Part shown: piece after piece, positions 11,783 through 19,457 of the stretch | Layout: every line of letters starts with the position of its first letter | How positions within the stretch are numbered: position 1 is the stretch's first letter | DNA from: an uncultured Myxococcaceae bacterium | GTDB taxonomy: Bacteria > Myxococcota_A > Polyangia > Polyangiales > Ga0077539 | Length of the DNA stretch: 28,213 nucleotides | Direction of reading: 5' to 3' | NCBI GenBank assembly: GCA_964447205.1 | Contig: CAYUSB010000004.1 | Coordinates: 23,586 to 51,798 of the forward strand | Translations under genes and position numbers: made by a program | The notes under the pieces: generated by a model | Told to the model about the DNA's origin: nothing | Seen by the model: only the letters and a program-made list of their open reading frames with translations | Database searches by the model: none

Positions 11783-12346
11783 TCAGAAGCTCCCGGCGAT
11801 GCCCACCCACGACCCCTGCGGCAGCGGCACGACGGCGGGCGAGAGACGGAACGACACGTGGGCCCGCGCGGGCGTGCGCGTCACGGTCCGTGGGGACATC
11901 CACACGGCGCCGACGGTGCCGCCCAGCAGGGTGGCCCCCAGCCCGAGGAGCAGGGAGGGCGTGCTGTAGTCGGACCGACTCGCCAGCGCTGCACCCAACG
12001 CGACGCCGGGCAACATGCCTACAAACGTGCCGAGCAGCGCGCGACCGTACGACACCGGAGCGCCGTAGCGTCGGCCCGCGAGGGTCACCCCGAGCGGCGT
12101 GCCAAACACGATGCCAACCCCGGCGCCCATCAAGCCGAAGGCGGCCGCGCTGATCTCGCCCGTCGAGGTGAGCGCGGGCGGCAGCCCCAGTGCTGTGGCC
12201 GCGAGGGCCCCCGTGGCGGCCCCCGACAGTCCCATCACCCACGGCTTGGCCTCCTCCACGGGTGGACCGATGCCCTGCGCGGATGCCCCAGCGGGAACGA
12301 GGGTCAACGCCACCGCCAGGCCTGCGACCCCCGCCGAGTGCCACAT
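11783..12346 (-). CDS. Gly/Ala-rich secreted protein, possibly a small outer-membrane beta-barrel
   Basis: ATG at 12346 (MWHSAGVAGLAVALTLVPAGASAQG signal peptide) with GGGAGA upstream. The protein is Gly/Ala-rich with alternating hydrophobics and a C-terminal aromatic residue (…GIAGSF). Confidence 0.5.
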   Translation of the reverse strand: MWHSAGVAGLAVALTLVPAGASAQGIGPPVEEAKPWVMGLSGAATGALAATALGLPPALTSTGEISAAAFGLMGAGVGIVFGTPLGVTLAGRRYGAPVSYGRALLGTFVGMLPGVALGAALASRSDYSTPSLLLGLGATLLGGTVGAVWMSPRTVTRTPARAHVSFRLSPAVVPLPQGSWVGIAGSF

Positions 12347-12453
12347 GGGAGAAGTCTCCCACAGCGCCGCGGAGGCTCGCAACGGTCGACGCGCTCTGCG
12401 GCGACCGCCGAGGCCGGCGCGCTCCGCGGGTCGTCCTGCTCGACTTCTGGCTC

Positions 12454-13131
12454 ATGAGCGGCCCAGGCGACGACGGCGTCGAGCCGGCAGGAACGCTCGC
12501 GAACATGGCCCCCGAGCCGACGAGCGGTCGTCCCAGCAGCGAGGCCGCGGACTGGTATGCGTTCGGCACCATGCTCTACGAAGCGCTCTCGGGTCGTCGG
12601 CTCTCCGAGGGGCCGTCGGACGAGGTTCGTCGCAAGAGAGTCGACGGAGAGCCTCCCCTGCCGCTGACAGACGTGGACGGCGACCTGGGTCGACTGTGTC
12701 ACGACCTGCTGCAGCACGCGTCCGCGCTGCGCCCTTCAGGTCCGGAGGTGCTCGCCCGCATGGCGTCGCGCCGCGGCGAAGACGAGCTCGTTGCGAGCTC
12801 CGTGCCCGCGTTGGACGAGGAGCACGCCGTCAAGCTCACAGGTCGCGACGCAGAGATCCAGCGGCTCGGTGACGCGCTGGAAGTCACGCGCGGCGGGCAC
12901 CCCTCCGTCGCCCTCGTCCACGGTCGATCGGGCGTGGGCAAGACCGCCCTCGTCGATCAACTCGTGAGGATGTTGGGCGATACCTCGCCGAGCCCGGGCG
13001 GGAGCCGGACCTTGTTCTTCCCTTGCCGGGATGGGCGGTGCATCACCCCGGCGGGCGACTCCTCCAACTGCGGCGGATGCGGCCTCGCCTGCCCGATGGG
13101 ACGGCTCTGTTCGGTGGGCCTCTGCGGCTGA
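12454..13131 (+). pseudogene. Remnant of a Ser/Thr protein kinase-AAA_16 (STAND-type) gene: kinase C-lobe + start of NTPase
   Basis: The frame encodes kinase subdomains VII-XI only (VLLDFW[G] with a degenerate DFG, then NMAPEP, DWYAFGTMLYEAL, LRPSG), then the first ~60 aa of an AAA_16-like P-loop NTPase (GRDAEIQRLGDAL...VHGRSGVGKTALVDQL). It then breaks into an unrelated Cys-rich tail (NCGGCGLACPMGRLCSVGLCG). The N-lobe is absent because upstream DNA is occupied by the minus-strand gene ending at 12346. Codon usage is relaxed (gga, cgt, aga, aca). Confidence 0.5.
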
Positions 13132-13160
13132 GGGTGTGCCCGCGGGGTCGAGGGTGCACC

Positions 13161-14222
13161 TCACCTGCGCGTGCGGACGCGCGTCACGACGACCGTCGCG
13201 CCGAGGGCGCGGGCCACGTGTTTCCCGTCGAGGCTCATCGCGAGGGGCCACCCTTCTGGCCACGGCGGTCGCGCCGTCGTTGCCGGGGGCGTCCAGCGCA
13301 GGCGCAGCACGCGGGGGAGACTGCTTGTGAGGCCCTGGCGAAGGAGTCCGAGCGGGGCGTCGCCGCCCCACGGCGGGAGGCGGCGCCACGTCACGCGCGG
13401 GGGGACACCCCCGAAGTGCACGGCGGACAGGGCTTCGCCCCGGGGCAGCGGGCGCGCGCGCTGGACCCCGGTCGCGAGGTCCACCATGGAGGTCGCGGCG
13501 GACTTGCCCGCGGTGACGACGACGAGGCGACCGCCGTCGGGCGTGAACGCCAGGCAGGCAGGGGGCCCCGATCCCCGCGTGGGCAGCGCAAGCCAGCGGA
13601 CATCGCCCGCCGCGGTGTCGATCACCCCGAGCGGCCGCGGTCCTCCCCGCACCACCGCGAGCCGCGTGCCGTCGTGGCTCCACACCTGGACCTCGGCGTC
13701 GACGTCGGCGAACGTCCGAAGCTCGACGCCGCGCGCCACGTCCCAGATCGTCGTGCCGCGCTCGGCCAGCGAGGTCGCGAGCCGTGTGCCGTCGGGGCTC
13801 AGGGCGAAGCGGCCGGTGCCGGAGGTGGTGTCCGGGTACCGCGCGAGGTCGGGCGCGAACAGGGTGTACGCGTGGACGCCCGCGTCGCGGACGAAGACCT
13901 CGATCCACCGGGCCCAGTCGTTCTGGGTCAGCCGGAGGTCAAACCCGGCGACGAGATGACGCCCGTCGCGCGTAAAGGCCACCGAGCGCGCCATCGTCGC
14001 GATGCCGTCGTCACGGCACTGCACCCGCAGCGCCGGCACGAGGGCGCTGGGGTACTCCTCGCGCCGCGCCCCCGAGCGCGGGTCGTACACGGCGATACGA
14101 TCCGCGAGCCCGACAGCGAGGCGCCGACCCGTGGCGTCGAACGCGAGGGCGCCGATCCCTCCGTCTCCCCACCCGTCGGTCGAGGCCCCGCCACCCGCAG
14201 CCTCTGGCACGTCGAACCGCAT
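13161..14222 (-). CDS. WD40/PD40-like beta-propeller repeat protein
   Basis: Five or more repeats of the L-A-F-[TS]-x-D-G-x-[RH]-L-[AV]-x type (LAFDATGRRLAVG, VAFTRDGRHLVAG, FALSPDGTRLATS, VWSHDGTRLAVV, LAFTPDGGRLVVV). No signal peptide. Confidence 0.75.
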   Translation of the reverse strand: MRFDVPEAAGGGASTDGWGDGGIGALAFDATGRRLAVGLADRIAVYDPRSGARREEYPSALVPALRVQCRDDGIATMARSVAFTRDGRHLVAGFDLRLTQNDWARWIEVFVRDAGVHAYTLFAPDLARYPDTTSGTGRFALSPDGTRLATSLAERGTTIWDVARGVELRTFADVDAEVQVWSHDGTRLAVVRGGPRPLGVIDTAAGDVRWLALPTRGSGPPACLAFTPDGGRLVVVTAGKSAATSMVDLATGVQRARPLPRGEALSAVHFGGVPPRVTWRRLPPWGGDAPLGLLRQGLTSSLPRVLRLRWTPPATTARPPWPEGWPLAMSLDGKHVARALGATVVVTRVRTRR

Positions 14223-14262
14223 CGCGCCCCAACGGGTACCACGTCCGGGAGCACGGCGAGGA

Positions 14263-14529
14263 TCACCCGTGTCGGCCCTTCACCGTGGCGATGGTGAGCA
14301 CCAGCAGGAGGGTCACGAAGTTGGCGCCCACGATGGCGCTGTCGCGGCGGAGCAGCCCGTATCCCAGCCACAGGGCGATGCCCACCGCCAGCATCGTCAG
14401 GGAGGACCACGAGAAGTCCTTCGCGCTGCGCGACTGCACGGTCTTCCAGGCTTGCGGCACCCATGCGCCGGTGGTGACGGTGGCGGCGACAAACCCGAGG
14501 GACAACACGAGGGACTCGCTGGTGTGCAT
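14263..14529 (-). CDS. SemiSWEET/PQ-loop-like 3-TM mini-membrane protein
   Basis: The 88-aa product from the ATG at 14529 has three hydrophobic helices and a PQ motif in helix 1 (GAWVPQAWKT). Its size and topology are typical of bacterial SemiSWEET/PQ-loop proteins. It ends 40 nt upstream of the WD40 gene on the same strand. Confidence 0.55.
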   Translation of the reverse strand: MHTSESLVLSLGFVAATVTTGAWVPQAWKTVQSRSAKDFSWSSLTMLAVGIALWLGYGLLRRDSAIVGANFVTLLLVLTIATVKGRHG

Positions 14530-14598
14530 GGCAGAGGGCGGGTGTAGCACTCTCCCGCCAGAGGTCATTGGGGCCCTGTCGGGACAGACGAGAGATCC

Positions 14599-14904
14599 TC
14601 AGGGGCTCTTCCCGCGCGCCTTCGCGTGCGCGCGCCGCACGATGAACCACACGACCCAGAGGGCCACGGACGCCACGATCCACGGCCCCGAGCGCAGGGC
14701 CACCGCGTGCCACACCGCGAACCAGAAGAGTGCCGCGACCGCGACGCGCAGCACGAAGCGCCTGAAGTCCGCCGGGCCGCTCGCGTCGTTCGGAGGCGAG
14801 GCGGGCCCGGTCGGCGCGGCCCCCACCCCCCCGCCCACGCCCTCGCTCCGCGGGGGCGGGGGCCGGGGGGTGGGGGCCGCGCCATCCGTCTCCCGCCGCA
14901 ACAA
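14599..14904 (-). CDS. Small hypothetical protein with 2 C-terminal TM helices
   Basis: 101-aa ORF with a Pro/Gly-rich N-terminus, two hydrophobic helices (FVLRVAVAALFWFAVWHAVAL, WIVASVALWVVWFIV) and a basic tail. Strongly GC3-biased codons. Overlapping ORFs in other frames look like junk. Confidence 0.4.
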   Translation of the reverse strand: MLRRETDGAAPTPRPPPPRSEGVGGGVGAAPTGPASPPNDASGPADFRRFVLRVAVAALFWFAVWHAVALRSGPWIVASVALWVVWFIVRRAHAKARGKSP

Positions 14905-14943
14905 CGGACTCCAACCCCGTGAACGGTTACGGGAGGGTCGTGA

Positions 14944-15827
14944 TCAGTGTGGGTCGGCCGACTTGGGCGGCGTCACGGCCAGCACCTCGTCGGCGTTCGC
15001 GGCGGTCACGGCGGCCATCAGCCAGGCGTCGAGCTGCGGCATCGCCGTGGTGGCTTCGATCTGCGTGCGTTGGGCTTCGGTGAGGGTGATGCCCCGCGCG
15101 CCGAGGAGGGCGAAGATGGAGTGACGCACGCCCATGCGCTCGCCCTCAAGCTTGCCCTCGCGTTTGCCCTCGCGCATGCCCTCAAGCTTGCCGTCGCGCT
15201 CTGCCTCTGCGCGGACCTCGTCGCCAGCCTCGGGCAGGATCCTGAGGAGCTTTCGGGTCATCTCGGTCTTGAGGCGACGCTGGGCCTCTTCGTCCCGGTA
15301 GAGGGCAGCGTACTTTTCGGTGCTCTCCTGGTCCGGGGAGGTGTTGTACCACGTGGAAGACCCAGGCGGGGCCCTTGACCTCCACGGCCCAGTCCAGAAA
15401 CTCGGCCAGCGCGGCCCCCGATCGGGCGACGAGAAAGGGCAGGAGCTCGATCTCCAGGGGCAGGGCGTTGGCCGCGATCCACAGCAGGTCGAAGGGGCGC
15501 AGGCCCAGTTGCCAGATGCCGGGCCCGAGCGGGCGGAGGGTGAGCAGACCCGCCGCGTCGTCGTCGGTGACCCAGCGAGGGAGGGCGGCCGACACGATCC
15601 GACAGGCGTAGTCGCGGGCGTCGTGGGTCGCCGGGGGCTTTTCGGGCGCGTCGCGGGCCTGCTCCAACTGGCGGGTGAAGCGTGCCTGACGGCGCAGCTC
15701 GGCCCGGGCGAGGGCGGGGCGGTCGGTGTGATCGCCCGGCATCTTGAGCTCTGTCGTCGCATCGAGGCGCAACCGACGCCACGGCAGCGGCAGGTGGACA
15801 AGCCCTGGCGCGTCGAGCACGCGCATC
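14944..15827 (-). pseudogene. Rpn/YhgA-like (DUF4351 C-terminal) gene, frameshifted and lacking a recognisable N-terminal PD-(D/E)XK nuclease domain
   Basis: The C-terminal frame (track ORF 14944..15801) ends with ...ERDGKLEGMREGKREGKLEGERMG..ALLGARGITLTEAQRTQIEA...LDAWL. This is very similar to the EG-repeat plus DUF4351 tail of E. coli RpnA-E/YhgA-like proteins. The upstream frame (track ORF 15182..16933, region from MRVLD at 15827) continues the protein. The two frames join only through a 1-nt frameshift near 15349-15354 (..KGPAW / YNTSPDQ..). Confidence 0.5.
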
Positions 15828-15839
15828 ACCCCGTCCGGC

Positions 15840-16003
15840 GCTAGAGCGCCGACCGGAAAGTCTCCCGTCGCCGCGCTTCCGATCCGCGTCGCCTCGCTGC
15901 GTTGCGGTGTCTCGACGGGCATTGAGCCCGTCTTCGCCCCCGCGCCTGGCGACGCTTGCGTCTCGTTGCGCAGCTCGGTCCGACTTTCCGGTCGGCGCTC
16001 TAG
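15840..16003. repeat. Perfect 22-bp inverted repeat pair (ctagagcgccgaccggaaagtc at 15840-15861, reverse complement at 15982-16003) enclosing 120 bp
   Basis: Direct reading: the two arms are exact reverse complements and the match stops abruptly at both ends. The structure sits 13 nt upstream of the Rpn-like ATG at 15827. Confidence 0.8.
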
Positions 16004-16242
16004 AAACCCCACCGGGACCTCCACCGGAACCTCGAACGCCACGCACGACCCCGACGACACGGCGGTCTCCGAGGCCATCACCTCCTTCGCGATCTGATCC
16101 GCTTGACCCATCGAGGGATGCGCGCGCTCAGCCCGCGGTTCCGCCCCTGTCAACCGCAGCCAGTGGGACCGCGGCGCTTCGTCTTTGGACACCGTCGGAG
16201 CCCCCCCTTGTGTGCGGCCGCGGTTGTGGTCCACTCGACGCC

Positions 16243-16810
16243 ATGCGAACGCACGCGTGTGTCTCCCTCGTGGCGCTGGTGCTTGCGGCGGCATCGCCTG
16301 CCGCTGCGGAGTGCGACCCGACCGTGATCGCCGGTCTCCTCGCCCGCGCCGAACGTGCCGAACGCCAGCACGCCCTGGGTCGGGCCATGGCGATTCGTAC
16401 CGACCTGCTGGCGTGTTCGTCGGGCCCGCACGCGGCCTCCAACCGCGCGGCCTTGTCGCAGGCGTACGCCTCGTTGGGCGACTACGCCCGCGCCGCCGAC
16501 CTCGCTGGTGGCCACCGAGTGCGGACGCGTCCCCCTGCCTCCTCCGGAGGGGGCGACCCGGGAGGCCTTCGATCGGTGGGTGGTCGATGTCCTGACGCCC
16601 TGGGTTCAGTATCGCGCGCAGTGTCTTGAGGTCGCCGATCGGCACTTCACGGAGGTGATCGGGCTGGAAGTCGTGCAGTGGCAGATCGCCGCCGCCGCGC
16701 GCCTTGCCGAGGAGAATTGGTTTTTCGCGCAGGCCATTCGTACGTCGCCCGTGCCCCCGGACGTGCGTCGTAACCCCGACCTGGTGGACGCTTGGAACCT
16801 GATGAAGTGA
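16243..16810 (+). CDS. Secreted helical-repeat (TPR-like) protein interrupted by a +1 frameshift near 16520-16555
   Basis: The ATG at 16243 gives signal peptide MRTHACVSLVALVLAAASPAAAE, then helical ..ALSQAYASLGDYARAADLA. That frame soon degenerates into Arg/Gly junk. The adjacent frame (track ORF 16355, tail) reads through ..PPPEGATREAFDRWVVDVLTPWVQYRAQCLEVADRHFTEV..AAARLAEENWFFAQAIRTSP..LMK to a stop at 16810. The junction lies in a ccccc / ggggg homopolymer region. Confidence 0.45.
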
Positions 16811-16913
16811 ACGCGCCCTCCTGGAGCGGCTACGCCAGCGAGCCGGAGTACCGGTCCAGACCCCTCCGCCTCCTGAAGCCTCTCGCAGCGCAGCCACGTC
16901 GGGCTCGTCCGGG

Positions 16914-17540
16914 TCAGTTGGAGACGCCCGCATCGACCACGCCCGCCTGGAGCCCCGCGGCCCGTACGATGGCCCCGACCGCTTCGGCGACCGCCCGACG
17001 CAGCGACGGATCGGGGGCGTCGACGCGGACCACGACGTTCATGGCCCCGACGGGGATGGGGTCGACCGGGTCGAGGCCGGGCCACGGGCCTTCGTAGAAG
17101 AAGAGGTCGAGTCGGAGCCCGTGGGGCGGGTCGAGCACCTCCCGCGTCGGGGCCGCCGCGGTGTACGGAACCTGCGGGTCGTACCCGGGGTTGTGCACCA
17201 CCCGGCCGCCGTGCTGGTGGCTCCAGCGCATGCCGAGCTCGGGGCGCTCCTCGATGGTTAACACCCGACGGCCCGCATCCGCCAACGACGGAAACCTCGC
17301 CCCGAGCCCCACCACCTCGGCCACGATGCGGCGGGCGAGGGGGACGTACACCCGATGACGCGGCCCCCAACGCGCGCCCATCGGCGGCACCGCGACCTCA
17401 CCGCCCGAGACGAGGTTGGGCATGATCTCCGGCAGACGCGGCGGGGACGAGTCCGCGACGACCGCGGCAGGGGGGGACGGGCGTGCACATCCGCCCACGA
17501 GGCCGAGGAGCGCAACGACCCTGACGATGCCTGCACCCAT
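16914..17540 (-). CDS. Hypothetical lipoprotein
   Basis: The ATG at 17540 gives MGAGIVRVVALLGLVGGC with lipobox LVGGC, followed by a ~190-aa soluble domain of unknown family. Confidence 0.55.
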   Translation of the reverse strand: MGAGIVRVVALLGLVGGCARPSPPAAVVADSSPPRLPEIMPNLVSGGEVAVPPMGARWGPRHRVYVPLARRIVAEVVGLGARFPSLADAGRRVLTIEERPELGMRWSHQHGGRVVHNPGYDPQVPYTAAAPTREVLDPPHGLRLDLFFYEGPWPGLDPVDPIPVGAMNVVVRVDAPDPSLRRAVAEAVGAIVRAAGLQAGVVDAGVSN

Positions 17541-17632
17541 TCCCTGTGGACTGAACGAACCCACCCCGCGCGTCAAGGCGACCTCGGAGACACTCCGGGG
17601 CGCCCGCGCATGACGTTCGCGGCTGCGTTAGA

Positions 17633-19444
17633 ATGGCGGCCATGCTGATCCTGCGGCTCGGGATGCTCATGCTGCTGCTCCTCGGGATCGGGTGCAGCCG
17701 GGGCGACGAGGGGACCCTTCTCGGCGACCCCTGGACCGAGTACGACGCGAGCCTCTGGGACGACGACGACCCCTTTCCCCAGCCGCCCATCGGGGGCGAG
17801 GACGAGTCGCCCTTTCCCCCCGACCCCGACGCCCAGGTCCCCGAGCCCCCCGAGGGCGAGCCCTGGCCCGACGACGCCGGCGAACCCCCACCCCCGCCCG
17901 ACCCCGGCTCCGAACCCGAGCCCGACGCAGGCCCCGACCCGGGCGACGCAGGGGTCGTTCTGCCCCCGCAGGACGGCGGCCCGCCTCCGCCTCCGCCCGC
18001 CAACTGTCGCACCATGGCCGGGCCCCTCACGTGGTCGTGCAACGGGCCCATCCAGGGCCAGCACTGCGTGGCCATCACCGAGCCCCTCGACCCGCACGGG
18101 TGGGCCGACAACCACCTCTGCAGCGCCATCGAGATGGGCCTGCGGTGGTCGCACGCGGGCCCCGTCGCCGGGATGCGCTGCACCCCCATCACCGAACCCG
18201 CCGACCCCAACGGTTGGACCGACAACTTCCTTTGCCTCCCGAACGACAGCCCCTTCACCCTCCAGTGGAGCGTGGCCGGTCCCATCCCAGGCCGGGTCTG
18301 CCACGCCTGGGTCGAACCCTCCGACCCCCACACCTGGACCGACAACCACCTCTGCCTCTGGTACACCGAACCCATCGCCACCCCGCCCCCGCCGCCTCCG
18401 CCCACGGGCGAGCCTCCCCCGCGGTTTCAGGTGGTCTTCTCGCAGCGCCCTGAGGGCAACGGGCGCGACCCGACCCTCGAGTCCACCCTCCTGGAGATGA
18501 TCGGTCGGGCCCTCTCAGGCTCGCGGGTGCGGGTGGCCATGTACAACTTCACCCGGTCCAACGTGGCCCAGGCCCTCATCGCTGCCCACCGCCGCGGAGT
18601 CGACGTGCGGGTGGTGCTCGACGGCGACGCCCACCTCCTGGCCACCTCGGTCGTTCCCGCCCTGATCACGGGGCTGGGACGAAACCGGGTGACCTCGTGC
18701 GGGGCCCCGGGCACGGCCTGCCTCGGGACCGGGATCATGCACCACAAGACCTTCCTCTTCTCCGCCCTCAACGACGGGTCCCGGAGCGTGGTGGTTCAGA
18801 CCTCGCACAATCTCACGGCGGCACAGCTCCGGCGCCACAACGACGCCCTGATCATCCGCGGAGACAGCCGACTCTTCGCGGCCTACGAGCGCACCTTCGA
18901 GGACCAGCGCCGCGACATCGTTCGGTCCAACTACTATCGTATCCAGGACGGCCACTTCCGCACCCGGGCGTACTTCTTCCCGCGGCCCGCGGGCGACACC
19001 ATGGTGTCGATCGTCAACAACGTGGACTGTTCGGACGGGGGCCGCATCCGCGTGGCCATGGCCATCTTCGCCAACGCCCGCCTGGAGGTGGCCCGGGCCC
19101 TCGCAGGGCGCCAACAGGCAGGGTGCACCGTCGAGGCCGTGATCGGCAGCGCAGGCATCGCCCCGGGCCGGGACGTCCTCGCGACCCTGCGCGAGATGGG
19201 GGTCGGGGTGACCCTGTACCCCCTGCGGTCGGGGTGGGCCCTGCAGTCGAAGTACCTCCTCATCGACGCGCGCTACGCAGGCTCGACGGCCCCGCGGCGG
19301 CTGGTCTTTACGGGCTCGCACAACTGGTCGGGCCCCGCCCTGCGCACCAACGACGAGACCCTCCTGCGCATCGACAACGCCGGCGTCTACAACGCCTACC
19401 TCTCCAACTGGAACGCTGTCCGCTCCTCCGCCACCCGCCCCTGA
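17633..19444 (+). CDS. Phospholipase D-superfamily (HKD) lipoprotein with N-terminal triple Cys/Trp repeat
   Basis: Lipobox LLLGIGC is followed by an acidic Pro-rich linker, then three tandem ~38-aa repeats (W-S-x-x-G-P-x-x-G-x-x-C-x-x-I/V-x-E-P-x-D-P-x-G/T-W-x-D-N-x-L-C). A poly-Pro linker leads to a PLD-like domain with a first HKD-like motif HHKTFLF...SHN. The second motif is QSKYLLID...GSHNWS, with Gln where the catalytic His should be. Confidence 0.8.
   Translation: MAAMLILRLGMLMLLLLGIGCSRGDEGTLLGDPWTEYDASLWDDDDPFPQPPIGGEDESPFPPDPDAQVPEPPEGEPWPDDAGEPPPPPDPGSEPEPDAGPDPGDAGVVLPPQDGGPPPPPPANCRTMAGPLTWSCNGPIQGQHCVAITEPLDPHGWADNHLCSAIEMGLRWSHAGPVAGMRCTPITEPADPNGWTDNFLCLPNDSPFTLQWSVAGPIPGRVCHAWVEPSDPHTWTDNHLCLWYTEPIATPPPPPPPTGEPPPRFQVVFSQRPEGNGRDPTLESTLLEMIGRALSGSRVRVAMYNFTRSNVAQALIAAHRRGVDVRVVLDGDAHLLATSVVPALITGLGRNRVTSCGAPGTACLGTGIMHHKTFLFSALNDGSRSVVVQTSHNLTAAQLRRHNDALIIRGDSRLFAAYERTFEDQRRDIVRSNYYRIQDGHFRTRAYFFPRPAGDTMVSIVNNVDCSDGGRIRVAMAIFANARLEVARALAGRQQAGCTVEAVIGSAGIAPGRDVLATLREMGVGVTLYPLRSGWALQSKYLLIDARYAGSTAPRRLVFTGSHNWSGPALRTNDETLLRIDNAGVYNAYLSNWNAVRSSATRP
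18027..18374. repeat. Three tandem ~114-120-nt coding repeats
   Basis: DNA and protein repeat units at 18027-18140, 18141-18260 and 18261-18374. Confidence 0.7.
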
Positions 19445-19457
19445 CGGACCCTGCGGG

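Noticed and set aside
13023-14297. 424-aa plus-strand ORF overlapping the WD40 gene
   Set aside because: Arg-rich, no motifs. The opposite strand encodes clear WD40-like repeats.
15340-15360. Programmed ribosomal frameshift in the Rpn-like gene
   Set aside because: No slippery heptamer or downstream structure is recognisable. Decay or a sequencing error is the simpler explanation.
15828-16933. N-terminal 370 codons of minus-strand ORF 15182..16933, including an AAGGAGGTG-ATG at ~16075
   Set aside because: The translation is Arg-rich and runs across the perfect inverted-repeat element and antisense to the secreted-protein gene at 16243-16810. The Shine-Dalgarno-like string is too close (2 nt) to the ATG.
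17398-18405. 335-aa minus-strand ORF (and 17692..18453 +) over the PLD lipoprotein gene
   Set aside because: Gly/Ser/Pro low-complexity antisense translation of the Pro-rich linker region.
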